From a virus (taxonomy: Duplodnaviria; Caudoviricetes), in the IMG/VR virus record IMGVR_UViG_3300030047_000019, positions 1-61,401 of that record: a stretch of DNA of 61,401 nt, one strand, 5' to 3'. The translations under genes and the position numbers were made by a program. Every line of letters starts with the position of its first letter. Position 1 is the first letter of the stretch. Shown one piece after another: positions 38,802-50,141 of this stretch. The notes beneath the pieces are model-generated. The model had not been told where the DNA came from and made no database searches. It worked only from the letters and a program-made list of their open reading frames with translations.

Positions 38802-39826
38802 GTGAGTATAATTTTAAAGGTAACGGGAATGGTTGTTTCAAAAGGAGCATCCAGCCGGTAAATGGTATTCGCATGATACCCGCCTCTCGACTGCGAACTG
38901 ATAATTCCGAAATGTTCGGTAATATCCTTATCATCTGCATCAAAAACCTTCAATGTCTTATGTTCGGGGATGGAATAAAACAAGTAATTCGTGCCTGTTT
39001 GCATCAGGCTGTTGGCTCGTATCTTTACATTATCCTGTGTCCCGTCGTAAATTAACTTTTCTTCATTCGAAGTATTATAAATGTTATAGATAGGTCCAAC
39101 TGACACCCATACGCCAAATAATAGCGTCGGACAAAACCCCTCGCTGTCAACCAAATATTGATTAAGCTTTTCCGGTACAGTATCCTGCCAATTATCTGCA
39201 CCCGTCCTGAACTGTTCTTTGGTAATCACAACCAACATTCCCGTACTGTAGCCGCCAATCGATTCACAATAAGTATCTCCCCGTTCAATCCACCGGGTAA
39301 CCCGCGGAGGTAATGCACGGGGAATATAAATGATGCCGTTCCACAGATTCGAAAATATACGGTCAGGACATGGCTCACTGATAACCCCCATCAGGATATT
39401 GATGTAGCCGGGATAAAACTCCTCATAATGATACACAGCATCAAAAACAAGAGTTGCAGTCGTTACTTCTTCATCAATAGGAACCTTGGCAAAAATGTAA
39501 TAGATCGCATCTGAAGGGAGTGTTATCGTATCCATTTCAACGGTCCACCAGCGTTCAGGGTGATAATTTTCAGGCCCTATAGCAACTATTTGAGCCGGCG
39601 ACAACTTATTCCACAGATGAATGCATATTTTCCCGGCAGTGTAACTGATAATATTTGGATTCACTTCATCCTCCGAAAACAGTATCCCATCCGGGTGCCA
39701 CTTCACATTGATGCCCTCCTTATCGCGCCATAACTTACGGATCATCTCCGAAAGCTGCATATAAGTCACCGGGTTCGGTTTACTTACCCCCCGTATAGTC
39801 TTCAACAAACTTTGTAACTCATCCAT
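38798..39826 (-). CDS. Tail protein
   Basis: Start MDELQ; located in the tail module. Confidence 0.55.
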   Translation of the reverse strand: MDELQSLLKTIRGVSKPNPVTYMQLSEMIRKLWRDKEGINVKWHPDGILFSEDEVNPNIISYTAGKICIHLWNKLSPAQIVAIGPENYHPERWWTVEMDTITLPSDAIYYIFAKVPIDEEVTTATLVFDAVYHYEEFYPGYINILMGVISEPCPDRIFSNLWNGIIYIPRALPPRVTRWIERGDTYCESIGGYSTGMLVVITKEQFRTGADNWQDTVPEKLNQYLVDSEGFCPTLLFGVWVSVGPIYNIYNTSNEEKLIYDGTQDNVKIRANSLMQTGTNYLFYSIPEHKTLKVFDADDKDITEHFGIISSQSRGGYHANTIYRLDAPFETTIPVTFKIILT

Positions 39827-39941
39827 CTCTTTTCTTCTTTTTAAGCCCTCCCTTGTGGGGAGGGTTTGGGTGGGGCTTTCGTTCTTCAAGTCTCCCCCTT
39901 GGGGGAGATTTAGAGGGGGCTGTAGGGTTTGGGTGGGGCTT

Positions 39942-41141
39942 TTAGAAATGATTATTCTTATGCGCCTCCGTAAACACCAGTTCCAGCTCGTCATTAATCA
40001 CCATATCCCTGAAAGTATCTGTCAGATCAAAATCTCCGTCTTCCAGATTCACTGGCACAATCTTTCCTTTCCATACCAGCCAGATGAATTTCGAATAAAT
40101 CAGATCCTGCAGGGCTTCAATTTCTGCCACACTGATCCGGTTGCCCGGTATGATCGTCCATTTCCTCGAAGCGCTCTTCGAAGTCACAACAACCGACCGG
40201 TCCCTGGTCTTAGCAGTTCTGTCCAGCGTTTGCATTCCCGTTTCTCCTTCCGATCCTATACTCAGTTTTACGGCACCCGTAAACCAGGCATCATCTATCC
40301 CTGCCAGCGAATTAGCATAAAACAGAAAAGTGTTATTTTCATAGTGATCCTGATCAATGATGAAGGTACGCATCTCCCCTATAGTGGTAAGTCCCTCCAT
40401 CTGGAACACGGTAAATTGAGTGGTGTTGGCAGGTAAATTCCAGTGCGCAGGGTCAAGTATAAACTCATAAAGCCCATCAGGATCAAGTGTAACCATTCGC
40501 ATCGTCGAGCCTGCCGTCCCGTCAGCCATAGTGTATATAATATACAGCGCTCTTTCTACCGGTTCCGTTCCCGGAAGCAGGTACCATAACCTCACAGGTT
40601 GATTGTAACATATCCGCTGATTATTTGGCCGGCGGGTCAGATACTTATTTCCCTGGATAAAATCCGTGTAAAAATTGGTTACCGCCTCGTTATATTGCGC
40701 CTGCCGGTCCTGGCTCATGCCACCTTTCAGTATGCGCATTGCAATGCCTGTACCTGTCTGCCAGGCTTCAATTTTTTGCCCGAAGGTTGCCGATGCATCA
40801 TCATCATCGATGTAGCTGGCCCCTGCTAAAATGTTAATATTAAACGAGCGTAGCGGATGCTTCACCGCTGTCTGATCTCCGTACGGAAAAGTAAAATTAT
40901 AATCAGTCGGAGCATCCAGGTATTCCGAAAAGTCAAAAATAGCCTTTCCCGAATCATCATCCTGCAAAATCCACGGTCTCGAGTCGATAAACGGACCGCC
41001 GGCCACTGCTCCATCCACACTGGTAGCCTTCAGCAATGCCCTGGGCGATTCCCCCTGTAAATCATCATTCGTCACCTCAATTTCAACCCTATTGCCCGAT
41101 AACTGAACAACCCCGCCATATATACTGTGATTTACTGCCAT
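39942..41141 (-). CDS. Tail/distal tail-like protein
   Basis: F.NSLAGID..FTG motif, located in the tail module. Confidence 0.6.
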   Translation of the reverse strand: MAVNHSIYGGVVQLSGNRVEIEVTNDDLQGESPRALLKATSVDGAVAGGPFIDSRPWILQDDDSGKAIFDFSEYLDAPTDYNFTFPYGDQTAVKHPLRSFNINILAGASYIDDDDASATFGQKIEAWQTGTGIAMRILKGGMSQDRQAQYNEAVTNFYTDFIQGNKYLTRRPNNQRICYNQPVRLWYLLPGTEPVERALYIIYTMADGTAGSTMRMVTLDPDGLYEFILDPAHWNLPANTTQFTVFQMEGLTTIGEMRTFIIDQDHYENNTFLFYANSLAGIDDAWFTGAVKLSIGSEGETGMQTLDRTAKTRDRSVVVTSKSASRKWTIIPGNRISVAEIEALQDLIYSKFIWLVWKGKIVPVNLEDGDFDLTDTFRDMVINDELELVFTEAHKNNHF

Positions 41142-41189
41142 CTGATTTACTGTTTTGAATATTGGTTATTGATTATTTTTTACTATCCT

Positions 41190-41225
41190 CAAATTTACCT
41201 CCAAAACCCATCATCCCAAAGGACA
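41190..41225 (-). promoter_or_regulatory. Putative late promoter, copy 6
   Basis: TGTCCTTT-N20-TAAATTTG. Confidence 0.7.
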
Positions 41226-41347
41226 ACGTCATCCCGAATTTATTTCGGGATCCCCTGATCAAAGCACCCCCTTCTTAATGACCTTACTGACCTTAAAGTC
41301 CTTTTTTAATCCTGCCAATCCCTTAATCAGCTTAATCCTGTTCAAGA

Positions 41348-44185
41348 CTAATAAAGCCACAGCTTCCCAAAAAATGCCCCCACATTCATTAAACTCCATG
41401 GAGTTCCAGGTATCGTCGGAATATCATAAGGCGTATAGGTTCCTATCTTCGCATAACCCGCCGAATCCTTTACCGATACATAAACATTCGTTGTCCCATC
41501 GAAGCAAGCGCCTCCTGCATTCTTGATCCCTGCCGGAGTAATGTTTGCACTGCTTATTCCCCCGTTGACAGTCGAAACTTCCATCCTCCAGATTCCTTCA
41601 TTATCATCTTCACACATCCATAGCGATTGATCTCCCGTTAACGGTTCGATTGCCCGCACCTGCTGCTGCTTGGTACCTGCTAATCCGCTGAAAATGTAAA
41701 AATTCCATGCAGCGCTTAAAGATGAATACTGCGACCGGTCGCTCCGCTCGGCTGCCCACATCCGTGTTGCCGTCTTTCGCAGTTGAATAAGTTCCCCCGG
41801 GTGAATATACGATACCCTGTTCCACGCATCATAAATACCCTCATGTCCCCTGAATATTTCTCCATCCCGGCTGCATGCATAGATGTAAGTATCGTAAAAA
41901 ATGAAGCTGCGCAAATGTCCTGTGCCCCCTCCGGGTGCCTGCATCGCCTGTGCCTGTCCCGAGGCGTAATTGTCAAACGCTGCAAGTATGGGCAATTTAT
42001 AAGCCTGGCATCCGTGTGCCCTGCCAATCATCAGCTGTTTGCCTTCATAAACAGTATCAACGATGCTTATCCCGGAAACGCTGTACGTATCGAAAATTTG
42101 TATCGTTTTATACCGGATATTATCCATGTCGCTCAAATCACAAACATGGACCTGTCCAGCTTTCCCACCAACAAACAGAAGTTTATGCTCCGCCGAATAA
42201 TCCACGCAGGTATAAGGAGCATAATCAGCGTCCGATATTTCACCAAACACAGGCATTGGGCGTGTCAATCCGGCTTCATCAACCAACATAGGCTGTCCGT
42301 TTAGTGTTACACCTATAAATTTCGGCACGAACACAACTCCTCCGGCATGTTCCCCGGTCCCGTCAACTGTTTCGCTGTTGTAAACAAACACATTATCTTC
42401 ATTCTTGAATACAGTTAGCCTGGCGTTAACATACTCCGAATGATTCGCCTGAATTTCCATCTCCTTAATAAAGAACGATCCGTCCCGGTCCAGGTATGGC
42501 TTGTAAATCTCATTCAGCACCTTGTAAAAAATGTTCCCCGGAAATCTGAAATCTGCCAGTACCGGCAGCGCATTGGCATAAAATGGCGCCGTCCGTCGGT
42601 ATCTTTTCTCCACCAGGCTTTTCCAGTCAATGGCCAGTCCGCTCGTAGCCGTCGATCCTCCCGTATTATTGCCGGTATAAAACAGCAGCCGTGGAGTGAA
42701 ATTCTCCGAAAATTGCGAAAACTGGCTGTTATTCCCTTTCTGGTACACGATCGGGTACCCATTCTTATGCATCCGCAGCGTCGAGAACTTCGTCTGAATA
42801 TCTTCCGAATCGTCTCCCGTTTTATTATACTTGTAATCCTGTATGTCTACCGTGATTGGCGCCCATATCAGCACATCCTTCTCATTAACCGTCTCCTGCC
42901 GGTACTCATAATACATTTTTTCGACCTCTACCAGCCTGATATCACCTATCGTGGGGCTTACTATCGCTGCCAGATCCGCGTAATAGGTTACCGGGTCCTT
43001 AATGTCATCTTCCCTCGAGCTGATATCCGTATAATTTTCATTAAACTCCTGATCATCCGCATCATGCTCAAACTTAAATCTAAGCAGCAGGTTCTGACGT
43101 TGCCCCGGAAGCCACCGGCTGACCCGGTATTTCGATAAATCAAACGGCTCCATATCGAACAGGCTCTCCCGGTCAATATTGTCCACATCATCAATGCCCG
43201 TGAAATGGAAAAACGTGTTGGTCAGGTTTTGAACCGACAACAACAACTCGTTCATCGCGAGTTTTGGCAAAAGCTTTTTAAGTTGAAAAGTATTAGTTGC
43301 CCAGGTTTGCGTATTGATCTTTTCAGTGCCAACCAATGAATACTCCAAATGATAGGTATTTATATAAGTTACTTCCACCTCCTCCACAGTATTAACAACC
43401 TTGCAAATCGACCGGTTATTATACAGGCACAAAGTTTTCAGCGTATCATCTGTCAAAAGGAAACTGTCCCGCACGAAAAACTTATTCTCACGCAGCAACA
43501 ATTCAATCAGCCTCGAAATAAACGGATATGGACTCACTACCACAACTTCATCATCTGCGCCACTTGTCTTTACTCCGCCGGTCGCCGGGTAGTTCACCAT
43601 GAACTCAAAATTGGTGGCGTGTTCAAATTTTCGGGTCAGTATCTCGCGCGTGGTATCTTCCGGAGTATCAGGTGAGCCATCGTCTTTAAATTTCGGCTTC
43701 TTCCACGGTTCGGTATCACCTTTATCCACCCAAAATCCCGGGTTCGCCAGCCTGATGGTGCAATACAAATCCGTATCCGGGTCGTAATCTGGTTTATTCT
43801 CAAAAGTCAGATCGCCTCCCAGTTCCGAATCACTAATCAGCTTCTCCCGCTGCGCATCGCTCAGGCTTCGCAACTCACTCTGAATATAACCCGAGTAACC
43901 ATCCTCACTCGCTTCAGTGATAACCAGGGTCCCGAAAATATACAGATACCCTCTCCAGCGCAGTTCAGCCCTGGGGAACTTCCGGTCGTTCGATCTGGCC
44001 TTCTTGGCAAACCGTCCCGGAAAACCCAGGTAATTCCGGTTCACATCATTATCCGGGATGGTCACATCCAGACACAATGGCGCCGGTATCTCATCAAAAC
44101 ACCAGCACGGATTCTTGTAAATCAATGGCACCCCAAAATCAGTACCCAATATCAGCTGCTTATTGTCAATTGTTAATGTAAACAT
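41348..44185 (-). CDS. Large tail/baseplate protein with beta-propeller-like C-terminus
   Basis: Immediately after the tape measure gene; about 945 aa. Confidence 0.65.
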   Translation of the reverse strand: MFTLTIDNKQLILGTDFGVPLIYKNPCWCFDEIPAPLCLDVTIPDNDVNRNYLGFPGRFAKKARSNDRKFPRAELRWRGYLYIFGTLVITEASEDGYSGYIQSELRSLSDAQREKLISDSELGGDLTFENKPDYDPDTDLYCTIRLANPGFWVDKGDTEPWKKPKFKDDGSPDTPEDTTREILTRKFEHATNFEFMVNYPATGGVKTSGADDEVVVVSPYPFISRLIELLLRENKFFVRDSFLLTDDTLKTLCLYNNRSICKVVNTVEEVEVTYINTYHLEYSLVGTEKINTQTWATNTFQLKKLLPKLAMNELLLSVQNLTNTFFHFTGIDDVDNIDRESLFDMEPFDLSKYRVSRWLPGQRQNLLLRFKFEHDADDQEFNENYTDISSREDDIKDPVTYYADLAAIVSPTIGDIRLVEVEKMYYEYRQETVNEKDVLIWAPITVDIQDYKYNKTGDDSEDIQTKFSTLRMHKNGYPIVYQKGNNSQFSQFSENFTPRLLFYTGNNTGGSTATSGLAIDWKSLVEKRYRRTAPFYANALPVLADFRFPGNIFYKVLNEIYKPYLDRDGSFFIKEMEIQANHSEYVNARLTVFKNEDNVFVYNSETVDGTGEHAGGVVFVPKFIGVTLNGQPMLVDEAGLTRPMPVFGEISDADYAPYTCVDYSAEHKLLFVGGKAGQVHVCDLSDMDNIRYKTIQIFDTYSVSGISIVDTVYEGKQLMIGRAHGCQAYKLPILAAFDNYASGQAQAMQAPGGGTGHLRSFIFYDTYIYACSRDGEIFRGHEGIYDAWNRVSYIHPGELIQLRKTATRMWAAERSDRSQYSSLSAAWNFYIFSGLAGTKQQQVRAIEPLTGDQSLWMCEDDNEGIWRMEVSTVNGGISSANITPAGIKNAGGACFDGTTNVYVSVKDSAGYAKIGTYTPYDIPTIPGTPWSLMNVGAFFGKLWLY

Positions 44186-44377
44186 ATCAAGCCTCCCCAA
44201 CCCCTCCTCAAGAGGGGCTTTTTGTGATCCGTTATAATAAAATTGTTCCTATTCATATCATTTTGTTATTAAAAGCGTTCTTTGTCCCCCTCTTGTGGAG
44301 GGGGTCGGGGGAGGCTTTAAGTGGGGCTTCCGTTCTTTAAGCCTCCCCCTGTGGGGAGGGTTTGGGTGGGGCTGTCT

Positions 44378-47300
44378 TTATTTTTTAAATCCTCCCATCC
44401 CCGTCTGATTAATCAAATCACTCACCTCGTCCAGCTGCTTCTTAAACGGCACAATCGGAAACTGTACTCCATTCTTCATGAGCAATGCAGCTACATGCGA
44501 CATGGTATTTATCGCTGCCGTCAGCTCCGGATCCCTTATCATCCCATTATCCCCCATCGAAGGGTTCTTAAAGTCCCCTCCCTGTGGAGGGGATTTAGGG
44601 GAGGCTATATATTCATTTTCCCCGCTTGCCGCCACAGCTCCCTGTGTAGGTATATATCCTGTCCGTTGGAAACTCTCCAATCTTGCAATAATTGGCCCTG
44701 TAAGTGGATTATTTAACAATTTGGCATTGGCAACCCATTCCCCCTTATGTACCATCCCTGCCGGTTGATTTTTATCACCCGATCCGGTATATCCGCCTTC
44801 CGAAAACCCTGCAATCGTTTGAGCCACAACGCTGGCAATACTACCAACTCCAATAGCTGTATTGATGGCTACCCACGGCATACCCGCTGTAAGAGGAGAG
44901 GCAGCAATCGCTTTCATATTAGCAATGCTCATATCAAAAATTATCTGCCCGATTGCAGCAGCCTGTTGAAACAGAAATAAAGCCTTTCCCAGGGCTGTTT
45001 CTTTACCAACCAATTCACTCAAACCGCCAAACAGCGAATTTGCAGCCCCAAACACTGCATCACCAATCTCTTTCCGTTTATCCAGTTCATCCTGTTTTAT
45101 CTGTACAAGTTTATCCGATAAAGTTCGTTCAGCTGTAGCAATTTTGGCATGATCTCCTTTGGCATCAATTAATTCTTGTTTATAACTGGCCCTGGCCATG
45201 TCTCGCTCAGCCAGGAATTTATCGGCGTCAGTTTGTGACTTGGCCTGTTCTATAATGGCTGCATCCATTATTTTCTTCTGAGCCGTTGCCTGATCCAGAT
45301 CCGCCATCTTCTTCAGATGTGCCTTCTGTTTCTCCTCGATGATCAGGTTAATCGAATCATTCAACGCTGCTTCCTCTGCTGACAAATCCTTTTTATCATT
45401 CAACTGCTTCTTTAGTCCGGCCAGTTCGTCTGCCCAACGGTTTTCTTCCAGTGCTTTCTCCTTCGCGATACCATCCTCCAGATTCTCAATACCGGCATCA
45501 GCCAACTCCTTTTGTGCTTTTAGAAGTAATTCATGGACGGTTTTTTCGGCTTCCACTTGCTTCGTCAGCGATTCGTTCTTTGCAGCTTCGTATTCCTTGC
45601 TCCCTTTCTTATAAATCGTCATCTTTTTAGCAAGGAATTTCAGATCCTCACTCAATAAATCCGCCTTATACTGATCATCCGATGATTTTCCCTCCAGGTG
45701 TTCCCGGTTAATTCGGGCCATCTCGTCATTATGTGCCGCTTCAGCCTGTGTAATGCGCTTCTTAATGGCCGCTTCATCTGCTTTTTCTCCGGTTTCACCC
45801 TCCTTGGTCGTTCCCAGCTCATTTAATTTGTTTATTTTATTCTGAATGGCTTCCGCTTCCTGATTTCTGGCCGCTACTTCCTTTGGGGTAGCAGCTATGC
45901 GTTCTTTTACTACTTTTAATTCAGCTTCGTATCCCGCAATTAAGTCTGGCTCGTGTTTATTATCAACTGGAGGTTTTGGAGGCCCTCCGGGAATTATATA
46001 TTTAATTGGGTTATTTTTTACGAAATCGCCAACAGACTTAAGTGCAGTCATAAATTTATACATCGCCCCGGTTTCTTTTTCTGAATAATCGGTTGATGCC
46101 TCTGATTGATTTGTTACGAGAGCATATACCTTTTTCCGCTGAGCATAAAGCTCATCCTCTTGTATTTTAGTATTGTCTGAAATAATTTTTTGGCGTTCAG
46201 CGGTTGTTTTTTCACCCAGAATAAATGCATGCCAAAACGCCTGCCAAGTAGTTATATCGGCACCATTAGTTTGTAATTCTATTAATTGTTTATCTATTTC
46301 TTTAATTTTTTCTATGGCTGATTGAGTTTGTGCCATTTTGAAAAGCGAATCAGTGTAATCCTTTATGGAATCTGTAGCTTTTTGAGTATGAATCGATTCG
46401 AGCGTAAGATTTCCTAAATATGTTGGCGACAATTCATTTAACTGTTTAATAGCCTTAAGTCGTTCTTCCTTTGATAGCCTGTCGTTTTTTGCAGTATTAA
46501 GAAGCATTTCGAGCTTCAACTTTTCGTCCACAATATTTTTTTGCGCCTCTAAATTAACATCGTTCATTACTTTTTGCGCTTTTTGCGCCGCGGTCAATTG
46601 ACCTGACATCATATAAAGAGCTGCTCCTAAGCCTGCAATAGCAGCGGTGATCAATGCTACTGCACCCAGTCCCGAAAAAGCCCAGAACAATTGCATAGCC
46701 CGGGTGGCACGGGCCAGATTACCCGTCAACAAGGCAACTGCAGCTTGGTACAGCAACATGGCGCTGCTGGCAGCTCTGTTCCATACAATTGATAGTTTGG
46801 TAATGGCTAGTCCGATTCCTCTTTCCCTGTTTAAACCGTTTTCGAGTATATAAACCACCTTAGCAGCCACTGAATAAGCAACAAGAGAAATAATCAATGT
46901 AGTGAGCATTGCTTTATTCCGTGCCACAAAGTCAATCGTAACGCTCATCGCTTTGATAAAGTACGACAATCCGCTGGTACTTACAGTAAGTGCCGGAGTT
47001 AGTTTCTCGCCTAATTCAATGCTCATAAGGTTCAGCCTGTTCGATGCCTGTGCCAGTTTGGCGGCATGGGTATCGGTATTTATGGCGGCCTGTTCAAAGG
47101 CCACATTAGTGCCGGTTACTGCCTTCGTAAAATGATCGAACCGTTCAATACTGGTTGATAGTATTGTTCCAACAGTGATATTCCTTTTTCCAAAAACATC
47201 AATTAATACAGTATCCTTTTCAAGGGCTGTACTCTTAGCATCAATTTTGGCTTTTAACTCAACCAGCGCATCACGCATGTTGAAAATACCGCTGGTATAA

Positions 47301-48193
47301 CCCAATCCGGCAGCTTTTAAACTGATCAGCGTAGTTTTCAATTGGGTACCGGCCTCTTCACCTTTCAATTGTCGTTCGGCCAATGTCTCCAGGGTACCGA
47401 CAGTATCCTCTAGTGTCATGTTCGAATTAGCGGCCACCGTACCAACCGTTGACAACGATTTGGTAAGGTCGTCCACTTCCGAGCTACCTGCGAGCGATCC
47501 TGCACCCATGGTATTAATGATTCGGGTGGCCTCTGAAGCTCCTAATCCGAATTGGTTCATTGCAGCTGCAACGGCCTCGATGGCCGGTAAAGTTTCCAGT
47601 TTCGAACCTTCAGCCAGTATCAGTGCAGCCTTGGTCACTTCCACCAGGTCTTCCTTATTCTTCAGCAGGTCAGGCCGTGCCGATCCCATTTTTTCAAACG
47701 CATCCACAATGTCGGTGGCGCTCTTGGTAATCCGGATCCCGCCTTCAAGCGTAGTAGTCGAAAGTTCTTTAGCCTTTGCACCCAGCCACGTCAGATCATC
47801 TCCGGCCAATCCTGTTATGGCCGATAGATTGGCCATGCGTGCCTCAAAATCTTCAAACGATTTAATAACCGTGCGTACCGAGAAAACCAATCCGGCAAGC
47901 GAAGCCATTCCAGCCATGATCATCGAAGTATACCGGTTAAACGAATCGCCCATCTTGGCAAACGACCACGATTTATCCACACTGGCTATATCAGCCCGGT
48001 GCTGATCCAGTATCCCCTTAAGTTGCTTGATTTTTTGTGCCGCCAGTACATATTCCTGCGAACCGATTGTCATGCGAGCCTGTGCGTTCACTATCTTATT
48101 CATCTCGGCCCGTATGCTCGCTGCATTATTAACTACCTGCTTACCGTCAATATTGACGTAAAGATTTATCTGCCGGTTGTACGATTGTGCCAT
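44378..48193 (-). CDS. Tail tape measure protein
   Basis: 1271 aa, Ala-rich TP901-type core, GF..GGYTG...AG.VH.GEWV C-terminal motif. Confidence 0.93.
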   Translation of the reverse strand: MAQSYNRQINLYVNIDGKQVVNNAASIRAEMNKIVNAQARMTIGSQEYVLAAQKIKQLKGILDQHRADIASVDKSWSFAKMGDSFNRYTSMIMAGMASLAGLVFSVRTVIKSFEDFEARMANLSAITGLAGDDLTWLGAKAKELSTTTLEGGIRITKSATDIVDAFEKMGSARPDLLKNKEDLVEVTKAALILAEGSKLETLPAIEAVAAAMNQFGLGASEATRIINTMGAGSLAGSSEVDDLTKSLSTVGTVAANSNMTLEDTVGTLETLAERQLKGEEAGTQLKTTLISLKAAGLGYTSGIFNMRDALVELKAKIDAKSTALEKDTVLIDVFGKRNITVGTILSTSIERFDHFTKAVTGTNVAFEQAAINTDTHAAKLAQASNRLNLMSIELGEKLTPALTVSTSGLSYFIKAMSVTIDFVARNKAMLTTLIISLVAYSVAAKVVYILENGLNRERGIGLAITKLSIVWNRAASSAMLLYQAAVALLTGNLARATRAMQLFWAFSGLGAVALITAAIAGLGAALYMMSGQLTAAQKAQKVMNDVNLEAQKNIVDEKLKLEMLLNTAKNDRLSKEERLKAIKQLNELSPTYLGNLTLESIHTQKATDSIKDYTDSLFKMAQTQSAIEKIKEIDKQLIELQTNGADITTWQAFWHAFILGEKTTAERQKIISDNTKIQEDELYAQRKKVYALVTNQSEASTDYSEKETGAMYKFMTALKSVGDFVKNNPIKYIIPGGPPKPPVDNKHEPDLIAGYEAELKVVKERIAATPKEVAARNQEAEAIQNKINKLNELGTTKEGETGEKADEAAIKKRITQAEAAHNDEMARINREHLEGKSSDDQYKADLLSEDLKFLAKKMTIYKKGSKEYEAAKNESLTKQVEAEKTVHELLLKAQKELADAGIENLEDGIAKEKALEENRWADELAGLKKQLNDKKDLSAEEAALNDSINLIIEEKQKAHLKKMADLDQATAQKKIMDAAIIEQAKSQTDADKFLAERDMARASYKQELIDAKGDHAKIATAERTLSDKLVQIKQDELDKRKEIGDAVFGAANSLFGGLSELVGKETALGKALFLFQQAAAIGQIIFDMSIANMKAIAASPLTAGMPWVAINTAIGVGSIASVVAQTIAGFSEGGYTGSGDKNQPAGMVHKGEWVANAKLLNNPLTGPIIARLESFQRTGYIPTQGAVAASGENEYIASPKSPPQGGDFKNPSMGDNGMIRDPELTAAINTMSHVAALLMKNGVQFPIVPFKKQLDEVSDLINQTGMGGFKK

Positions 48194-48223
48194 CTCGAAG
48201 AGTATTACTATTATTCGTCATTG

Positions 48224-48259
48224 CGAACATAGTGAAGCAATCCCCCTCCCGAAAGGACA
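48224..48259 (-). promoter_or_regulatory. Putative late promoter, copy 7
   Basis: TGTCCTTT-N20-TATGTTCG upstream of the tape measure gene. Confidence 0.65.
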
Positions 48260-48312
48260 ACAAAAAAGCCACTGGGAACAGCGGCTTTCATATTCTATTA
48301 AGTGCATTCTTA

Positions 48313-48678
48313 TCACCCCTCCTTTGGAGGGGCAGGGGGGAGGCTGTCTAACCTTTCTTTCAACATCCACACATATTCCCCGCCCGTATAATGCAGTTTA
48401 AACCCACATTCTTTCAATGCCATCACCACCTTATTCTTCGAAACCTCCGAGCTCGATTCCATCTCGTCCACCAGATCCATCGTAGTTTTCTGCTCCGTAC
48501 TTTCAGGAAGACTATCAACTGGGGCATACCGGTCAAAAATCAGTGCGACCAGTTCTTCTTCCATGCTCGGAGTTTTTTCTTCGTCATCCCCGTCATTGCG
48601 AGCTTGCGAAGCAATCCCGTCCACTTCATCATCGATGTAAGCGTGCCGAAATCCTGTAATGTTGACTTTTTTACTCAT
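48313..48678 (-). CDS. Hypothetical protein with in-frame palindromic repeat (GIASQARND)
   Basis: Coupled to the upstream ORF. Confidence 0.55.
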   Translation of the reverse strand: MSKKVNITGFRHAYIDDEVDGIASQARNDGDDEEKTPSMEEELVALIFDRYAPVDSLPESTEQKTTMDLVDEMESSSEVSKNKVVMALKECGFKLHYTGGEYVWMLKERLDSLPPAPPKEG

Positions 48679-48938
48679 GGCTTTTGTAATGCTTTTAGTT
48701 CGTCGCGTAATTGTCCGAGCAAGCTCATTAGGATTACCGCTTCTTCCTGCCCTTTAGTATAATCATCCATTTTTTTAGCAAGAAAGCATACTGTATTCGA
48801 TATTTCTTCTAAAAGATACTTTAACCAGTAATTATCAGTTTCCTGAAATTGTTTCAGTATTTCAATCGCTTTTTCAGTCAACACTACCCCGTTCACAATC
48901 GTGCAATTTTCGGTTTTGTTTTCTTCCGCTTTTTTCAT
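48675..48938 (-). CDS. Hypothetical protein
   Basis: 87-aa ORF downstream of the antirepressor. Confidence 0.55.
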   Translation of the reverse strand: MKKAEENKTENCTIVNGVVLTEKAIEILKQFQETDNYWLKYLLEEISNTVCFLAKKMDDYTKGQEEAVILMSLLGQLRDELKALQKP

Positions 48939-49020
48939 TTTCTTTGTTGTGTTAATGTCACATTAATAAATATCCCCAGGCAGGCTGCTTCAATCACCTG
49001 AGTCCCGGGGGATTGTTTTT

Positions 49021-49791
49021 CTATCCATTTGTAATTTCAATAAGCTTTTGGTTTACTTCTTCAAGTTGTTGCTCAAACTTTTTAATTCGCAGTTTTGCCA
49101 TCTCTTTTTTATAACCTTCTGGCATCGGATTTTCAATTTCCTTTTTGTATTTACTATTATACAGCATTCTGTTTTTGTTTTTAATCAGGTTTGTCTGTAT
49201 ATTTTTCTTCATGTTTCTCAATTGCTCAATGTCATTTGGCAATTCTACTCCAATTGCTTTCAGTTGCACTGGTGCTTCAGGCAATTGTTTTTCCTGAAAA
49301 AGATTTGCTTTAATCTCTATCCAGTCACTTGGCGAAGACGAAAGACATAAATCACGATGTTGTTTCTGTTCTGCTATGTATTCCATCAACTGCCTATTTA
49401 TTCTGACTGCCTTATTAATGTTCAACGCAAAGGTTCTGATATCTTCAAGCTGGGCCGTTTTCTGTTCGTTACCGTTATAGAGGTAATCGAATACTGCTAC
49501 CTGGTATTGAACAAATAATATTTGTAACTGGGGGTGCACAATCTCCGCATTTATAAGCTGAATCCACCGAATAAAACCCCTCTTACGGAGGCATAACCTT
49601 GATCTTTTGTCGCCAAAATACAACTCGTGGTACTTTTTTGTACCCTCAGTTTGCAAAATTGGATCATCATTAATGGTTCTTTTTTGATTTTTGAAGTTAA
49701 TTCCGAAGAATTTGCAAACAGGTTCAACGAAAATATTTCCTTCATCATCAATAAAGACCGCTTTCAGCGCTAATTCTAAATTCTGTTCCAT
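49021..49791 (-). CDS. Phage antirepressor (P22 Ant N-terminal-like domain)
   Basis: VEPVCKFFGINF..Q...I..DPIL...LCL....F..W...IN pattern. Confidence 0.7.
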   Translation of the reverse strand: MEQNLELALKAVFIDDEGNIFVEPVCKFFGINFKNQKRTINDDPILQTEGTKKYHELYFGDKRSRLCLRKRGFIRWIQLINAEIVHPQLQILFVQYQVAVFDYLYNGNEQKTAQLEDIRTFALNINKAVRINRQLMEYIAEQKQHRDLCLSSSPSDWIEIKANLFQEKQLPEAPVQLKAIGVELPNDIEQLRNMKKNIQTNLIKNKNRMLYNSKYKKEIENPMPEGYKKEMAKLRIKKFEQQLEEVNQKLIEITNG

Positions 49792-49948
49792 TTTTAACTG
49801 TATTAATGATTTGATGTGACAAATATATGTATTCTATTGTAATACTCAAACATTATATAAGAATATTTTAATAATATTTTAGAATATTTTTTTAATCATT
49901 CAAAATTATTACATTTGCATTACTATGTAATACCTTAAAATACTATTT

Positions 49949-50107
49949 ATGGTAAAAGAAGCTACAAGCTTAAAGATTGATAAGGCAGTTTTGGAAAGAG
50001 TTAGAAGTCAGGCTAAAAAGGAAAATAGGCCAATAAGTAATTTCATTGAAACTGTTTTAATCAAGTACTTAGATGAGCAAGAAGAAAAAGAAAAACCCGC
50101 TGAATGA
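49949..50107 (+). CDS. Ribbon-helix-helix (Arc/CopG-like) repressor (not in ORF track)
   Basis: Hand translation MVKEATSLKIDKAVLERVRSQAKKENRPISNFIETVLIKYLDEQEEKEKPAE; TACATTTG at 49910-49917. Confidence 0.75.
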   Translation: MVKEATSLKIDKAVLERVRSQAKKENRPISNFIETVLIKYLDEQEEKEKPAE

Positions 50108-50118
50108 GCGGGTTTTTT
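50092..50118. terminator. Bidirectional intrinsic terminator
   Basis: aaaacccgct-gaatg-agcgggtttttt between convergent genes. Confidence 0.7.
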
Positions 50119-50141
50119 GTTAGCGTATTCTGATTAAATTT

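Noticed and set aside
264-48005. Numerous plus-strand ORFs antisense to structural and replication genes
   Set aside because: Shadow ORFs of well-supported minus-strand genes with no recognisable motifs
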